A stretch of 63,135 nucleotides of DNA, filler included, from Sphacelaria rigidula (Eukaryota): NCBI GenBank assembly GCA_964200075.2. It is 8 parts of 8 records of this genome, joined end to end, with 100 filler letters (N's around TTAATTAATTAA, not from the genome) between each part and the next. Parts side by side here need not be neighbours in the genome. Positions count along the whole stretch, not along the records: positions 39,525 to 47,328 come from CAXNAA020013404.1; positions 47,429 to 55,232 come from CAXNAA020013405.1; positions 55,333 to 63,135 come from CAXNAA020013406.1; 5 more parts are not named here. One strand, written 5' to 3'. The stretch's first letter is position 1. The number at the start of each line of letters is the position of its first letter. Below, one piece after another: positions 45,761 through 57,470 of this stretch. Under the pieces are notes generated by a model that searched no databases, had not been told where the DNA came from, and worked only from the letters and a program-made list of their open reading frames with translations. The position numbers and the translations under genes were made by a program.

Positions 45761-47430
45761 ACCCTAAACACTCTGAACCCAACTAACCGATAGATAACTA
45801 CGGTTCGGCACGTGTCTGCTGGATCGCGGACGATAGAGCTCGCACGGCCGCAGGTGTCTGCGCTTTGTGCACCCCCTCTCATTTCCAACTACGCCATTCC
45901 GATTGCTCTAGCAGCACAACCCGGTGAACGTTTCTGTATACGATGAAGAATTGTTTCGGCAAACGCTCAGAGAGGGTCTAGTCCCGTTCACCATTTGTCA
46001 AAACCAAAATCGCCGGAGAAACGATCATCTGCAAAAACCGTTTTTGGGCCGACCATTCAGCGGCCCGCTAGAATATCTGCGGAGATATCGAGATCACTTG
46101 TCCAGCCACTTCGAGCGGGAAGTGATGAAGAGTATGCATGCCAGCCACCACTCTACGTCGTGTGTATGTTGACAACGACACTTCCTGACTCACTTCCTGT
46201 CTCATCGACTCATCGTGTGGAGGATCACTCCAAGAACAATGCACAGAATATAGGGCTACGGCAACCGTACCGAATAGCTCCAAACATATGCGGTCCACGT
46301 CTGGTACGTTCAACCGCTCCAAAAGCAGCTGCTAACTGAAACTTTTACGACGTCGACTGAAATAAGTTCCACGTCAACCTTCCCAACGGAGGCAGACAAA
46401 AATCGATTGGATGGACGACAATTTCTCGGCGAGCACCAGGGGTTGCTGACTCAGGTGGTCTACCTCCGCCGACTCCCTGGGTATTGCTCGGGATTTGGCG
46501 CTGTGTCTGCTCAAGTGTTGGTAGCCATGCGGTCGTTTGTGTACAGTTGCGTGATAACCACGTTCCTGTCCGTGCTAGGCTTTCATTGTTGGCTCTGTGG
46601 TCCGATCGGTCATACGATTTGACGGTCATGGCTACGATCGGCAATCCTTCGCGGAGGCCGTCCGTCGCGGTGTCATGTCTGTCCGTGTCGACCCTGTTTG
46701 CCGGCTCTGTGTTTTGATAGCCATCATACTATGCGTGGTCTACGCCAGATGGACTGCTGCCGCCGACTTCGTGCGATATTATTCGCATTGTGGGAATTGG
46801 TGTTGCATGGGGAAACGGCCCGCACGTGTTTATGAACTGACGGCTTATTTAATGAATACTGGTTTTCTGTACTTCCATGCATAGGAGGTACTTCAAAACG
46901 AGGAAAGACGTGTGAGCCATGAAAACATCGTCATCGGCATGCTTATCCGCTTTCGTACCGTCCATGTATCCAGGACGAAAAAGACGCGACTGCGACCGAC
47001 GCGCCACGATGGCAACAACCCTTCGTTTTGGTGCGTATGAGTAGCCTTGACATGCAGCTCACCTAAAAAGCTGGCCGATTTGTGTACTTCCGCGATACTA
47101 TCCTAAGGTTAGCATCTTACATTAAAATATGCTTGTTACATGAGACAAAGCTCGGTGCTTGGCCTAGTCACCCCCCCACCCCCCACCCTCACTTGGACAC
47201 CCATGAGGCAGTGTATAAGCCGTGGCTGTCTCTGGAAGAGGCGATGCCACAGAATAAAGCAACTCATTGTTGGCTGTCATCCAAATGCAAGATGATCAGT
47301 AGGCTTCAAGCCGAACAATCTCAGCAGGNNNNNNNNNNNNNNNNNNNNNNNNNNNNNNNNNNNNNNNNNNNNTTAATTAATTAANNNNNNNNNNNNNNNN
47401 NNNNNNNNNNNNNNNNNNNNNNNNNNNNAC

Positions 47431-48734
47431 CTTCGTAAACTCCGCTGCAGTCGTAACTGCTCCGACCTTTTCTTTTTTCGTACGATCTCCGGACTTTCTG
47501 CTGAGTACGTTGTCGATCGCCTGAAGGGGTGGAGTGTTCCGCGAGGCGCGCGAGGGCAGAGGCCAGCCGGCTTCAGTCAAGGGCATGGGATGGCGGGTGA
47601 GGCCTGCTGTTGTTTGTGAAGCGGGTGGAAAGGAGAGTGGCGAAGGGGGTACTGGCGGCAGAGGGGCGGACGCCAGTCGTGAGTCGAAGCGAGCGCTAGC
47701 GCAAGCCGGTACTACGATGCGCATAACAATCTGAGGTTGCGCTATCGAGTACTTGTCACAGGTAGACGGGCATATGTACAGCATCGATCGAAACTCCCTT
47801 GATGAGTTTCACAGGCGCAGGGGCATATACACGCCAAAACACTCATCACAGATGGACAAAGCAAGTTCGGTTTCAAATCTGTACTTTCGTTGTGTTCACT
47901 TCGCGGCACAAATGTTGTTTCAACACCGTCCGACGTAAATGGATTGTATTTGGGCAGGTTGCATCGCCAGCGTTCCTCGGCAATGTTCCTCATGATAAGG
48001 ATTGAAGGCAACAGTATGCACGAGACAGTTGCAAAAACAGATTGTCTCGTCCGTGTTGTCGTGTATGTCACGGCCCGTATCTCGCCGCGACCTTCCCGTT
48101 TGCAAACACAAAGAGCGCACAGGCAAACTCGGGTACACCCGCTCGTTCCGTGGCGTACCTACACATCGCTCCTGAAAAGTAGAGCTTGAAGATACCTTAA
48201 GTGCAGGTGCTTCCGCGAGACGAAAAAAACATGATAACCGCACATCACCCACCCCGCCTCACCAGCACCCCACCTAGATCACACCTCGCAGTCGTTCCCT
48301 CAAGGTGGAAGATCACAGCAATCGGATGCGAATGCAGAGGAGTTCACGGAGGTGAGTAGGAACCAGCCTTGCTCCGGTTGCTGGATGTACACTCGCTGGA
48401 GCGGGCTTGCACAGTATTGAACTCTGATTTGAACTTATTGCAATTGTCTTCCGGGCAGGCCTCGTTCACACTTGCGGTATTTCGTTCGAGACGACAAACG
48501 TGGATTGTGATAACAACCGACCTCGCCCCTCTTGAGCGGTACAGTAGAGTCTGCCTGTACTGTATCGAGTCGCTCGTGAGGCCGCTCCGTGTAACAGACA
48601 AATATAAAACCCCGAAAAACCTGCTCACCTCTCGCAGATAGGGGTAACTCAAAGTGAAGTAAAGCATTTTCGCGGCAATCCGGAGTATGGCCGAGCATTT
48701 GAAAATCGCCGCTGGGCAAAAATCGAGGACCCAC
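47431..48734 (-). other. Possible exons of an unidentified, perhaps decayed, gene
   Basis: 48734-48629 (tttcAG|...|GTGAGC) encodes WVLDFCPAAIFKCSAILRIAAKMLYFTLSYPYLRE. 47520-47431 (cttcAG|...|GT) encodes AIDNVLSRKSGDRTKKEKVGAVTTAAEFTK. No family recognised. Confidence 0.3.
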
Positions 48735-49292
48735 CTGAAATCAGGGCAAGGACTATCGAATGGGGCATGCGCTGTATGACTGTGCTGTAGCACAGACACA
48801 CTCATGGTCTGTCTTGTGCGTTGCACGTGTCGCTGCGCTGTGGCGTCTTGAGGCCTTTGTGGAGACAGTTTGATCTCCGGTGGGAGTGCCTGATTTGCTC
48901 AAAATATTGTTGGCACGCAGTGCTCTTTACACACAGTTGAAACTTTCATGGGGTGTTCTCGAGTGATAGGAATGAGGCGCTCCCCAAAACCATCACCTTC
49001 CCCCTCAGATGGGATTCGTGAAATATCTCTGGAGGGATTCAAAAAGTCTGGTGGGCTTTGCGGGGTTCGTAAAATATCTGCCTCTGCTCCTTGCACCCTA
49101 CATCCCGACGACTTCAGGCATGGGGAAAATACGCTTTTTACCTTCATTTTTGCATCTTTTTTCGTGTTTTTAGTGGAGTTTTGGGGGGAAACGAACGTTG
49201 CTCTTGGGCCTCATATCGATGTTTTGGCTCAATTTATAGAATTATGATTTGAAACTTGGCACGGAGAACCACAACAGTGTTGCGAGAAAAAA

Positions 49293-49836
49293 AAAGTGGG
49301 CCTTCATTTTCCAAGATTTTTTCGTAGAGGTTTAGGCGTTCTCGTGAAGAAATGGTCTTCACCATACTAGAACGCCCTAAACCTGTGAAATACATAATTA
49401 AAGAACTGACCTGCTTTGTTCTGTTGATTTTTCCTTGGAGAGCGCCCACGCAACATTTCAACAGACGAAAACCACACACCGGCCGGTGGGTGGCCTTCGG
49501 AATATTGTTCCGAATTTCGACTGATACTATTTTCTAAAGGCCCATGCTCCCGCCAAAATTAAGAGTTGGACCCTGAAATTTGGTAAGCACAACGAATGGG
49601 GCATGGAACAAAATTGCCTCGGTGCCAAAATAGTTTTTTCAAACAGTCCGGGGCAATAATCAGTTTTTGGCTTTCAGGAAAAGGCCTTCGACTCATAAAA
49701 AAAAAAATGGTACCGAGGTCATTTTTTCTTTCATGCCCTTTTCATTGTAAATACTAAATTTCAGGGTCCAACTCCAAATATTGGCGGGAGAATGGGCCTC
49801 AAAACTTCAAATCCGCCTCCAGGCTGGCCGAGCTCG
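49293..49836 (+). mobile_element. MITE family A, right part with terminal repeat
   Basis: Matches 1420-1760 and ends TTCAAATCCGCCTCCAGGCTGGCCGAGCTCG|TA, the reverse complement of the left end at 1164. Confidence 0.8.
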
Positions 49837-49959
49837 TAGGAAGCGGCCTGAGTGGCGTGCTAGAGTAGGTCGGAGGATGTCGTAAGACGGTCAACCGCAA
49901 ACGTTGCGAGATATATTACTGACTAAATCCCGAGCCCAACCGCCGACACTGCTGCTGTA

Positions 49960-50363
49960 CGAGCTGGGCCAGCCTAAAAGCGGATTTGAGCTGTATGAGT
50001 GATATCTCATCGACATAGACGAGTTGGGCCGTGATCCACACATCGTATCAATCGTCTGATCAAGGGCAAGGTGCCCATCTGTTCAAACGTTTGGGCTCAT
50101 ATTTTCTCGTTGATTACACCCCATGTCAGGCAATTCCCATACCTAAGGGGGATAGCGCCAATACTAGAATCTCTATGACATTCCCGATCGATGCATTCGG
50201 CGCTTGGCGACGAATTTTGGTGTGGAGAACCAAAAAAGAGCGCCGAATGAATAACGAAATGGGCCCCCATTCTTTTTTCGTAGAGATCAAGGCGTTCTCG
50301 TGAAGAAACGGTTTTTGCCACAATAGAACGCCCTAAACCAGTGGAAACAAATGAAGAAAATCA
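49960..50363 (+). mobile_element. MITE family A, left part, interrupted by repeat B
   Basis: Starts TA|CGAGCTGGGCCAGCCTAAAAGCGGATTTGA. 50161-50363 matches 1329-1527. Confidence 0.75.
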
Positions 50364-51176
50364 AATACTTGCTCGAAGTATCGCGATCCTTAGCCCGCGT
50401 CTTCGGCCGACGTGCAGGTACTGGATCGGATTTGATCACTCGCGGCTTATATCTGATGTGCCAGGTGTAGCTTACACGAATGACTCCGACCTCGCGTGTG
50501 CTCATCTGCCACCTTTGCCGGCAGTATGATATCAGTCGGCGAGGTGTACGTGGGGTCGACACCACTCCTATCCGCGCTGCCCACGGACACGGGAGGATTG
50601 CTCGTTCGGGGTCAAGGCGACACGACCGAAAAGATCAAGACAGACTTTCGGCTACAAGCTGGAGGTGAGAACAGCGCTGCATGGGGGGCGATGAAGACTC
50701 TGTGACCCCGTAGTCCTCTCTTCCCTCCCCCTTTACCGCCGTTTGCGCCCTGATATGTACGCGACTGTCTCACGATTTGAAGGGATGTCGGGGGTGCACG
50801 AAAACAAAAAAACGCACACCTATGAACCCTTTCCCCCCTACCCAAACGGGACGGTGCGGGACGTGCTAGAGGGGGAAATCCGGGAGGTGAACGAAATTGG
50901 TATATGCAATCGTTTGATGCATTAAGCAGTAGGGAGAAGACGATATCTATACTAGGAGATAGTGACCAGAGACGGCCAAAGAAAACGGGGATAAAATACG
51001 TGAAAGGTTTTTGTGTAATGTATGGGGAAAACGTAGTGAGCTGCTGAAGGAACGTAATGAGCGCCGGAATGTTGGAGGCGTCTTTGTTAGGAGCAGGAAC
51101 GGTGCTCCGTCTCGAAAAATATGCGTGGTCAATGGTCAAACGACCAAGGCAAGCAACAAACGAGCACGCCCCCCCC
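50364..51176 (+). mobile_element. Repeat B: bipartite non-autonomous retroposon (unique head, LINE ORF2-like 3' end, oligo-C)
   Basis: The 5' boundary is shared with copy 1-620. From ~50856 a frameshifted translation reads RDVLEGEIRE/FDALSSREKTISILGD/RFLCNVWGKR...CVVNGQTTKASNK. It ends GAGCACG followed by C8. Confidence 0.65.
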
Positions 51177-51546
51177 TCCTACCCCCCTGAGAGGTCCAAA
51201 TACAAAGTGGGACATGCGTGCGCGTTTTTGTTTTTTCATGCACCGTTGGAGATGTAGTTTTTTATTACTGCGTGGTATCAACTTTTTTTCCCTCCCGCTT
51301 CACCGCACTTCGTGAAAAAACAGTTGTTTTCGGATCCGTTTATGGGCGCGTCCACATCGCGATGCCCGGGGGACATGTGGTTTCGGGAACAACTACACAT
51401 CGTGGTTCTGAGACCCCTGTCTGAGCGCTGATTCTAACCACCGCCCCTCCTCCGTATCTTGAGCTGACTTTCTCATGTTCGTTGCCGCCGGCCGTCTCTA
51501 CCTTGTCCACCGTTGATTTCGATCGCAGCGTTCGACGTTAAATCAG

Positions 51547-52556
51547 ATGAACGAGCGGTTCCTCATCACGAAGCCCGGTCAGCAGAAGATCGTATACCCT
51601 GAAATTCCCTTGTGGGGAAAGTACAGGGTATACAACACGCCTAGAGAGGCTGTGGATTCGATACCGCAAGAAATCCTGCATCAGCAATGTATTCGCATGG
51701 TCTTGGTCGCATCGAACAGACAACTCAGGCGCCTCGTAGAACCCGGCAGGAAAGCCTGCCAGCCGGAAGCGGCCCTGTAGTTGGAGGTCTCAGACACGTG
51801 CCCATTCTACCATTTGGAATGGAATACGGGCGGGGAGAGTGTTGTGATGGGGATCAGGTCGAAAATACCGCACAACGGCCCCAGAGACTCGTACATTATC
51901 GCTGCGATAGGCGGCGTAGATGGTACGCAGCATGTTGTAATAGCCAGTGTGCAAGAGAGTCGAGAGAGGAAAGGGAGGCTCACCGCGAAGCAGCCTATCG
52001 CGGTCACTCTCGGGGACCTGGTCGTAGGTGGATCGGGATTCGAGCAAAGGTGGCTGAGGGCCAGACGCGACACGGGTCGAGAGGCGTTGGAGGACGAGAT
52101 AGCCCCCGATGATGACCATGATGACTGTGATACTGGAAGTGATGGCGATGGTGATGATGGTGGCGATGGCAATAGCAACTAGTGATGACGCTGGAGTCTC
52201 GAGTTGTAGTGGCGCAGTTGGAGAGTGAAAGCAATAGTTCACATACAGGTCGGGATGCGGGCGCGAACGTACGGTTCAGGGCGGGATCGAGATTCTGTCA
52301 TGTAGCATGATGCGGTGTTGCGATGGTGTGTATGGCGGGACCGTACGAAGCGATCTTGGGGGTGGATGCCAACGATTTCTCTTTCGACAGAGACATTGCC
52401 GCCTCATATATGCTCGAACCGGATTGGAAAGCTCGACGGGTATTTGCAGTACGGTTGAGTCGTGCAATGAACTATTCACGTTGTGCATCGGCCGTCGATT
52501 CTTCAGGGCAGTGGACGCCCAATCATCCGCTCGGCACATCACTGCGTTGGCAGTGA
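51547..52556 (+). pseudogene. Disrupted ORF of unknown family
   Basis: ORFs 51547-51780 and 51781-52182 are in one frame, separated by a single TAG. An acidic linker and a further frame 52323-52556 follow. Composition is protein-like but no motif was recognised. Confidence 0.4.
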
Positions 52557-52659
52557 TATCCCCCCACCACGTCACTGACAGCACATTACTGACCTTACTG
52601 ACAGCAACTTGACGCCCGAGAATTTTGTTTGGACACGAGACTTGAGATGAACAACAGTG

Positions 52660-55140
52660 AAAACATCCGTCGACAATCAAACAAACGTTGTTATGCTCCG
52701 TCGCCCGCAGCTAACCAGGGATGGGCGGCATGTGAAACCATGGACGCACTTCCTACTCCTCCTCAAAATTGCGCATCAGCAGTGTCGTGCGGTACTCCTG
52801 TGGGCTTTCCGTCATTCAACGGCTAGGGTCTTCAAACCTCATTTCATTGATGAACCTCATTTTATTGAATCCCCTGTTATACCAGAACCACAGTTCGCCA
52901 TGGAACCAGGCACCGGCGTATCACTCTCGCATCCGCCTTGCTGCCGTCCCAAAGCGGCGCGTGCGAAGTTCCGCAACCCCATTCTATTTGGCACGTGCCC
53001 ATCCCGACGCTCCTGTCCTGGGTTGGCCCCGCCTCAAGGCGAAGCCCGTCCCCCTAGCCTGACCTTCGTGCACGCGCCGCCGTACCATTGCCACTGCGTG
53101 AACCCTCGTCCCCACTAGAAGCTCCCCCGCCGTCATTGCTCCCTTCGGCAATCCGAACTCGCGGCCCCGATGCCTGCGTGGTCGGGGCCCGACTACTGCC
53201 GCTGGTCCCGGGAACAAGGACCCCGGTGTCGGAGATGCGGGTCCCACCGGACCGGCCGGCACCACTACTGCCACTACCGGTGACGGTGCTGGAGTTGCCA
53301 TCCCCTCCCGATTGTGGCACGGTATTACTGAACCTGCATCTGTCCCCCCACCAACAGTGTCCGTAATCCAGAAAAACGAAGCACGGCTGGCTCCGCCGCA
53401 CTCGCTTGGCCGCCGATGATCCGCCTTCTCCGGCTGCGGTGCCCCAATTCCCCGCACCCCGGTTGCCAGAGCCCGATCCATTCCCCCCGCCACGCCCCTT
53501 CGGTGGCGCTTCTTGTTCCCCTCCCTTCCGACGCGTCAACGTACCCCGCTTTCAGCGGTGCCTCCGGTCTCGATGAACGAGCATAGCTGAGGAAAGGCGG
53601 GAACAGGCGGGGGAAGGAGAACGCCGACCGACGGTGGCGGAGAACGACTCTTCGCGAACAAGTGCTGCGACCACTGTGCCAAGGCATCAGACCACTTGCC
53701 GAGGTCAAAGTTGATGATGAGGGTCGTGGAATCCGTACCCGCGCGCTGCGTCATCATATCGAAGTGGGCGTTGGTGTACGACTGAAGATCGGAGGTCATC
53801 TTCGCGAAGGCTGCCGTAAGCGCCTCCACCCGGCTGGCACACACCGCGTCCTCTGCCCCGGACGGCGCTCCCAGACCGGCACCCAGCAAGCGCCCGAGGG
53901 CTTCACCCATCAGACCCAAACGGTCCGGCAGGGATATCTTGTCGCTCAAACTAGAACCCGCAGCACCGCGCGGCATGATTGCTGCAACGTCAAGTAGAGA
54001 GAGAGTGCGAAACGTGCTCGCTACCTTCGAAGAGACATGTATCATAGCACCCAGGACGCTCTGCAACTCAGGTTGACTGAATGGTTGTGCCGGCGGTTTG
54101 CAGGTGAGGAGCCACCACGTACGCGACGCGGCGTCCTGCCAAAGCTGCAGACGATACCGCACCTCGTACTTTCGTCGCTGCTCCACTTCCGCCCAAGCTA
54201 CTGCCTGATTTGCCGCCGGCTGCTTTCCACCCCACGGCTGCGCGTTGGTCCACGACCCACCTCCACCCACGGGTCCCGAACCGGCAAGGTTTGCAGTCTG
54301 CAGGTCGGCGTTGTCCCAGCGAGCAGGGGGGGGGCGGGTTGTGCTGCCGTCGCACCGATGTGGAAGGTGCTTGATCCCCATCCAGCCTCTGCAAATTCCC
54401 CCCGAGGCTCCGCGCGTACCCCTGGCGTACCTGGCCATACCACCGCTGGCCGGGCCGGTGACCGCAGGGACACATCACCAGCGACGGTAGTGAGCGGCCT
54501 AGCTGCCTCTGTGCCAGGACACCTGACGGCCGCGTGGGAAAAGCTACTATCATCGGAGCGGCTGACGGATGGTACGGATCTCGCCCCTGGTGACACTAAC
54601 TGTTGAACCATCTCCCTCAACTGACAAACCTCGTTTGTAACCAAGGTCATCTTGGAATCCAAACCCTCCACGCTCGTCTTGGTGCCATCAAGGTTGCCGG
54701 CGATAGTGCCCACGCGGTCGCTAATGTGGCCCATATTTTCGGTGATGTCGCCCACCTGGCTGTCCAACGTATCGATTTGTTGGATTGTCGCCCGCGGCAA
54801 ACCTACCGCCATTCCATCGTCGAGGGCGAGCCACCCCGACGCAGGGTCATCAATGTGCGTGTCTTCGCTGTGTGCCATAGCCGCAGACCTGGTGGAAGAC
54901 GACCTCGTCTGGGGTGCAGGCGCGTAGGCGGGCGCAGCGACCCTCTGTTCACCATTACCCCCCGCCCCCGCCGACGCTCCTCCTGACGCCGCCCCTCCTG
55001 ACGACGGCATGTTGGTCAGAGCCGTGAGAACTGCAAACAAAGACTTCAGAAACACTCGGGACGCGCGGGCTACGACAGCGGTTCGAAATGTTGAAACTCG
55101 CTGATAGTCGCGACGCCCGTATCCCGTAACTCGCACACCT
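52660..55140 (-). mobile_element. Probable DIRS/Ngaro-like (tyrosine-recombinase retrotransposon) gag remnant, truncated before RT
   Basis: A frameshifted, intronless GC-rich chain (55136-54198, 54438-53536, 53539-53054) has an N-terminal coiled coil and a C-terminal C-x8-C-x5-C-x3-(H>N) finger, CFVFLDYGHCWWGDRCRFSN. An overlapping second ORF starts near the finger. No RT or YR is visible. Confidence 0.45.
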
Positions 55141-55922
55141 CGGGCTTTTTACTCCACACCTCACCACTGTCGCTTAATCGTGCTTTCACTTGCCCTTGTA
55201 TCTCGGCTGCTTCCTACATACTGAGGCTGAGGNNNNNNNNNNNNNNNNNNNNNNNNNNNNNNNNNNNNNNNNNNNNTTAATTAATTAANNNNNNNNNNNN
55301 NNNNNNNNNNNNNNNNNNNNNNNNNNNNNNNNGACCGGCTGCGCCAGACCCCATGCTGCAATGAAAGGAGCAACGCACAGCACAGTAGTGCGGATATTGT
55401 CTGATGGGGGACAGGTGCGAATTTTCTCCGACAGTACCTGTCCAATGACGTGAGTGGTCTTGAGAGACATCCCCGCTCACAGGATGAATCGTTGTCTTGA
55501 TTGATTTCCCCTGAGCCTACTACCGAACGACTGCCCAAGGGGGGTGTTGAGGTGAGCAGCCTTTTCAGTGCAGTCCACAGTACTGATCAGCCACGGTACG
55601 GAGGCATCCGTCTTCACGGGTTCTGACAGTTACATGCGGTGGGATTTGATACCGTAGTAGGCGTATGTATTGTACCTACGTACGCAATGTTTGTTGGTCA
55701 TGGTGTTGGAGTAGCCACACCCAGCCAATTGGTTCTCTTCCTTCTTTTCCCTCCTTGACTTGCTCAGTCAAGCTCTGTAACACTACTCTTCTATATCAAC
55801 GTGATCGGCTCAGCCGTGTCCTTTGATCGACTTCATCAATCGTGTTCAGCTGTCCCTGTTTACGGATCACGTGTCAAGGAACAGGGGACGTGTCCGAAAA
55901 CATTCTCCGCGCTGCCCCCTGA

Positions 55923-56134
55923 TGCTTGCTTTGATGTTTTATCGCGAGAAGGATTCAGCAGTCTCTTTCCCTCGTCGAACATGCAGTCGAACTGCGCATA
56001 CCCACGACATAGTCGCTCTCCGCTGTTGGGTATGGTGTGAGAGAAATTCCAGTTTGTGTGACTTCATCGAGATTCGAACCAACGACACAACCGTCAAAAG
56101 GATTCGAGGGTACCAATTAAGCCACTGGGGCGAC
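55923..56134 (-). mobile_element. tRNA-derived SINE, 5' part with Pol III boxes
   Basis: The minus-strand head reads GTCGCCCCAG-TGGCTTAATTGG (A box)...GGTTCGAATC (B box). The body matches 28390-28500. Confidence 0.8.
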
Positions 56135-56332
56135 TGACCACTACTACTGAGTATTATTCTTATTTTCGTTATTTTGTATTCTGAAGACCGAGAGGCACGT
56201 ACTGGCAAGACAGGAGACGTTCACAGAGCAAGGCCAGAGTTTTAATTTTGTTTTGCGAAGTCCGCGTTCCTTCTGCGGTACTTGCCCTCCCTTATATTCG
56301 TGAGAATAGTTCTTCAGAGGTCCCTCCCCCTC

Positions 56333-56470
56333 TGTGTGTGTTGTCATACCATGTATTCTGGACGCCAGTCCGCACCTTTCGGTATATGTGGGCGCATCAG
56401 CCCCGGTCACACAGGAGGAAGGCCAACACAGGAGCCTTTTCTCTTCTATTTGTTTCTAGTACCCTACCTT
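56333..56470 (-). mobile_element. SINE 3' part with (CA)n tail
   Basis: GGTCACACAGGAGGAAGGCCAACACAGGAG and TATTCTGGACGCC match the reverse complement of 28558-28660. Confidence 0.8.
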
Positions 56471-57264
56471 CTGGGGATTGTCCGCAATACCTACGCTTTA
56501 TTTTTGTGCGTATCCCTGTATGGCTTGACAGATTTTTGAAGTCGTTCTGTACACGAACGGTCATTTTCTGGGCGGGTGTGGTATCACAGTGGAGCCGAAG
56601 AACAGGGAGGCGGGGAATTATCCTTCAAGAGCAGCGTCGTACCATGATACTCTAGGGTATGATGCAGTGCAGTACACTCCACAATAACAGTACACGATAA
56701 TGCCCTGTGGTAACACATGATAGTACAGTCGGCATTGCGAGAACAGTGCACAGTGTGCGGCAAGGGTTCACGAGTGCAGTGTCATTCATCACCCTGCAAG
56801 TACCGCGACAGCAGAGTGCTCGATTGTACAGTACCGTTCGTCAGGATCATACATACATCAGTACAGTGTAGCATAAAAATTGCCATCACCGCAGGTACGG
56901 CGTCAACACTTCTTATCCGCTTGCCAAACCCCGTGCGGAGCTGCCCCAACAGTCGGCGCTTGCAGGCACTGTCTGTGCTGTCACGAGACTGTCTGCAGCT
57001 GTTTTTTCTAAAATACCAAACGCCTGCTGCCCTATTATTGTACGTCAACATACGTACTGCAGTTGCTACAGATTCGGGGGACCTCGATTTTCCACGGATC
57101 CGGGCTCAGATTCGTGTAAAACCGTTCTGGAATCGTGACAAAAGAATCTGAGCTTCCCCGATCTGGTTCAAATTGGGGCCCATACAACGCGTTTCCGGAT
57201 CTGAGGTCCCCTGATCTGCGTACAGATCCGCTATTTCGACTGCCATACAAAGTGGTCTTAGTAT

Positions 57265-57470
57265 AGGTATCTCAAACTCGGCTCCCGGTATCCTGGTTTG
57301 TTTTGTTCTATTTTTTCAAGTGAAAGTGATGCCGATTCATCACATGATGAGACCGTTTGACTGCCAGGCCAGGTCCTCTCATGAATCGCGATCACGTTTA
57401 CTTGAGAAAACATTGCACAACTCAGACCCAGCGAATACACCATTATACCGGGAGCCGAGTTTTGATACCT
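57265..57470. mobile_element. ~205-bp foldback MITE
   Basis: AGGTATCTCAAACTCGGCTCCCGGTAT pairs with ATACCGGGAGCCGAGTTTTGATACCT. Inner arms TCAAGTGAAAGTGATGCCGATTCAT and ATGAATCGCGATCACGTTTACTTGA. Confidence 0.75.

Noticed and set aside
46068-46345. Further upstream ABCA exon
   Set aside because: No frame gives the hydrophobic TMD sequence expected before RSKTAA.
50364-50400. U1/U2 snRNA-derived head (starts ATACTT)
   Set aside because: Similarity does not extend beyond 6 nt, and there is no ACTTACCTG or branch-pairing sequence.
56050-56134. tRNA gene
   Set aside because: A/B boxes are present but there is no convincing acceptor stem, and it continues into a body repeated elsewhere, so it is a SINE head.
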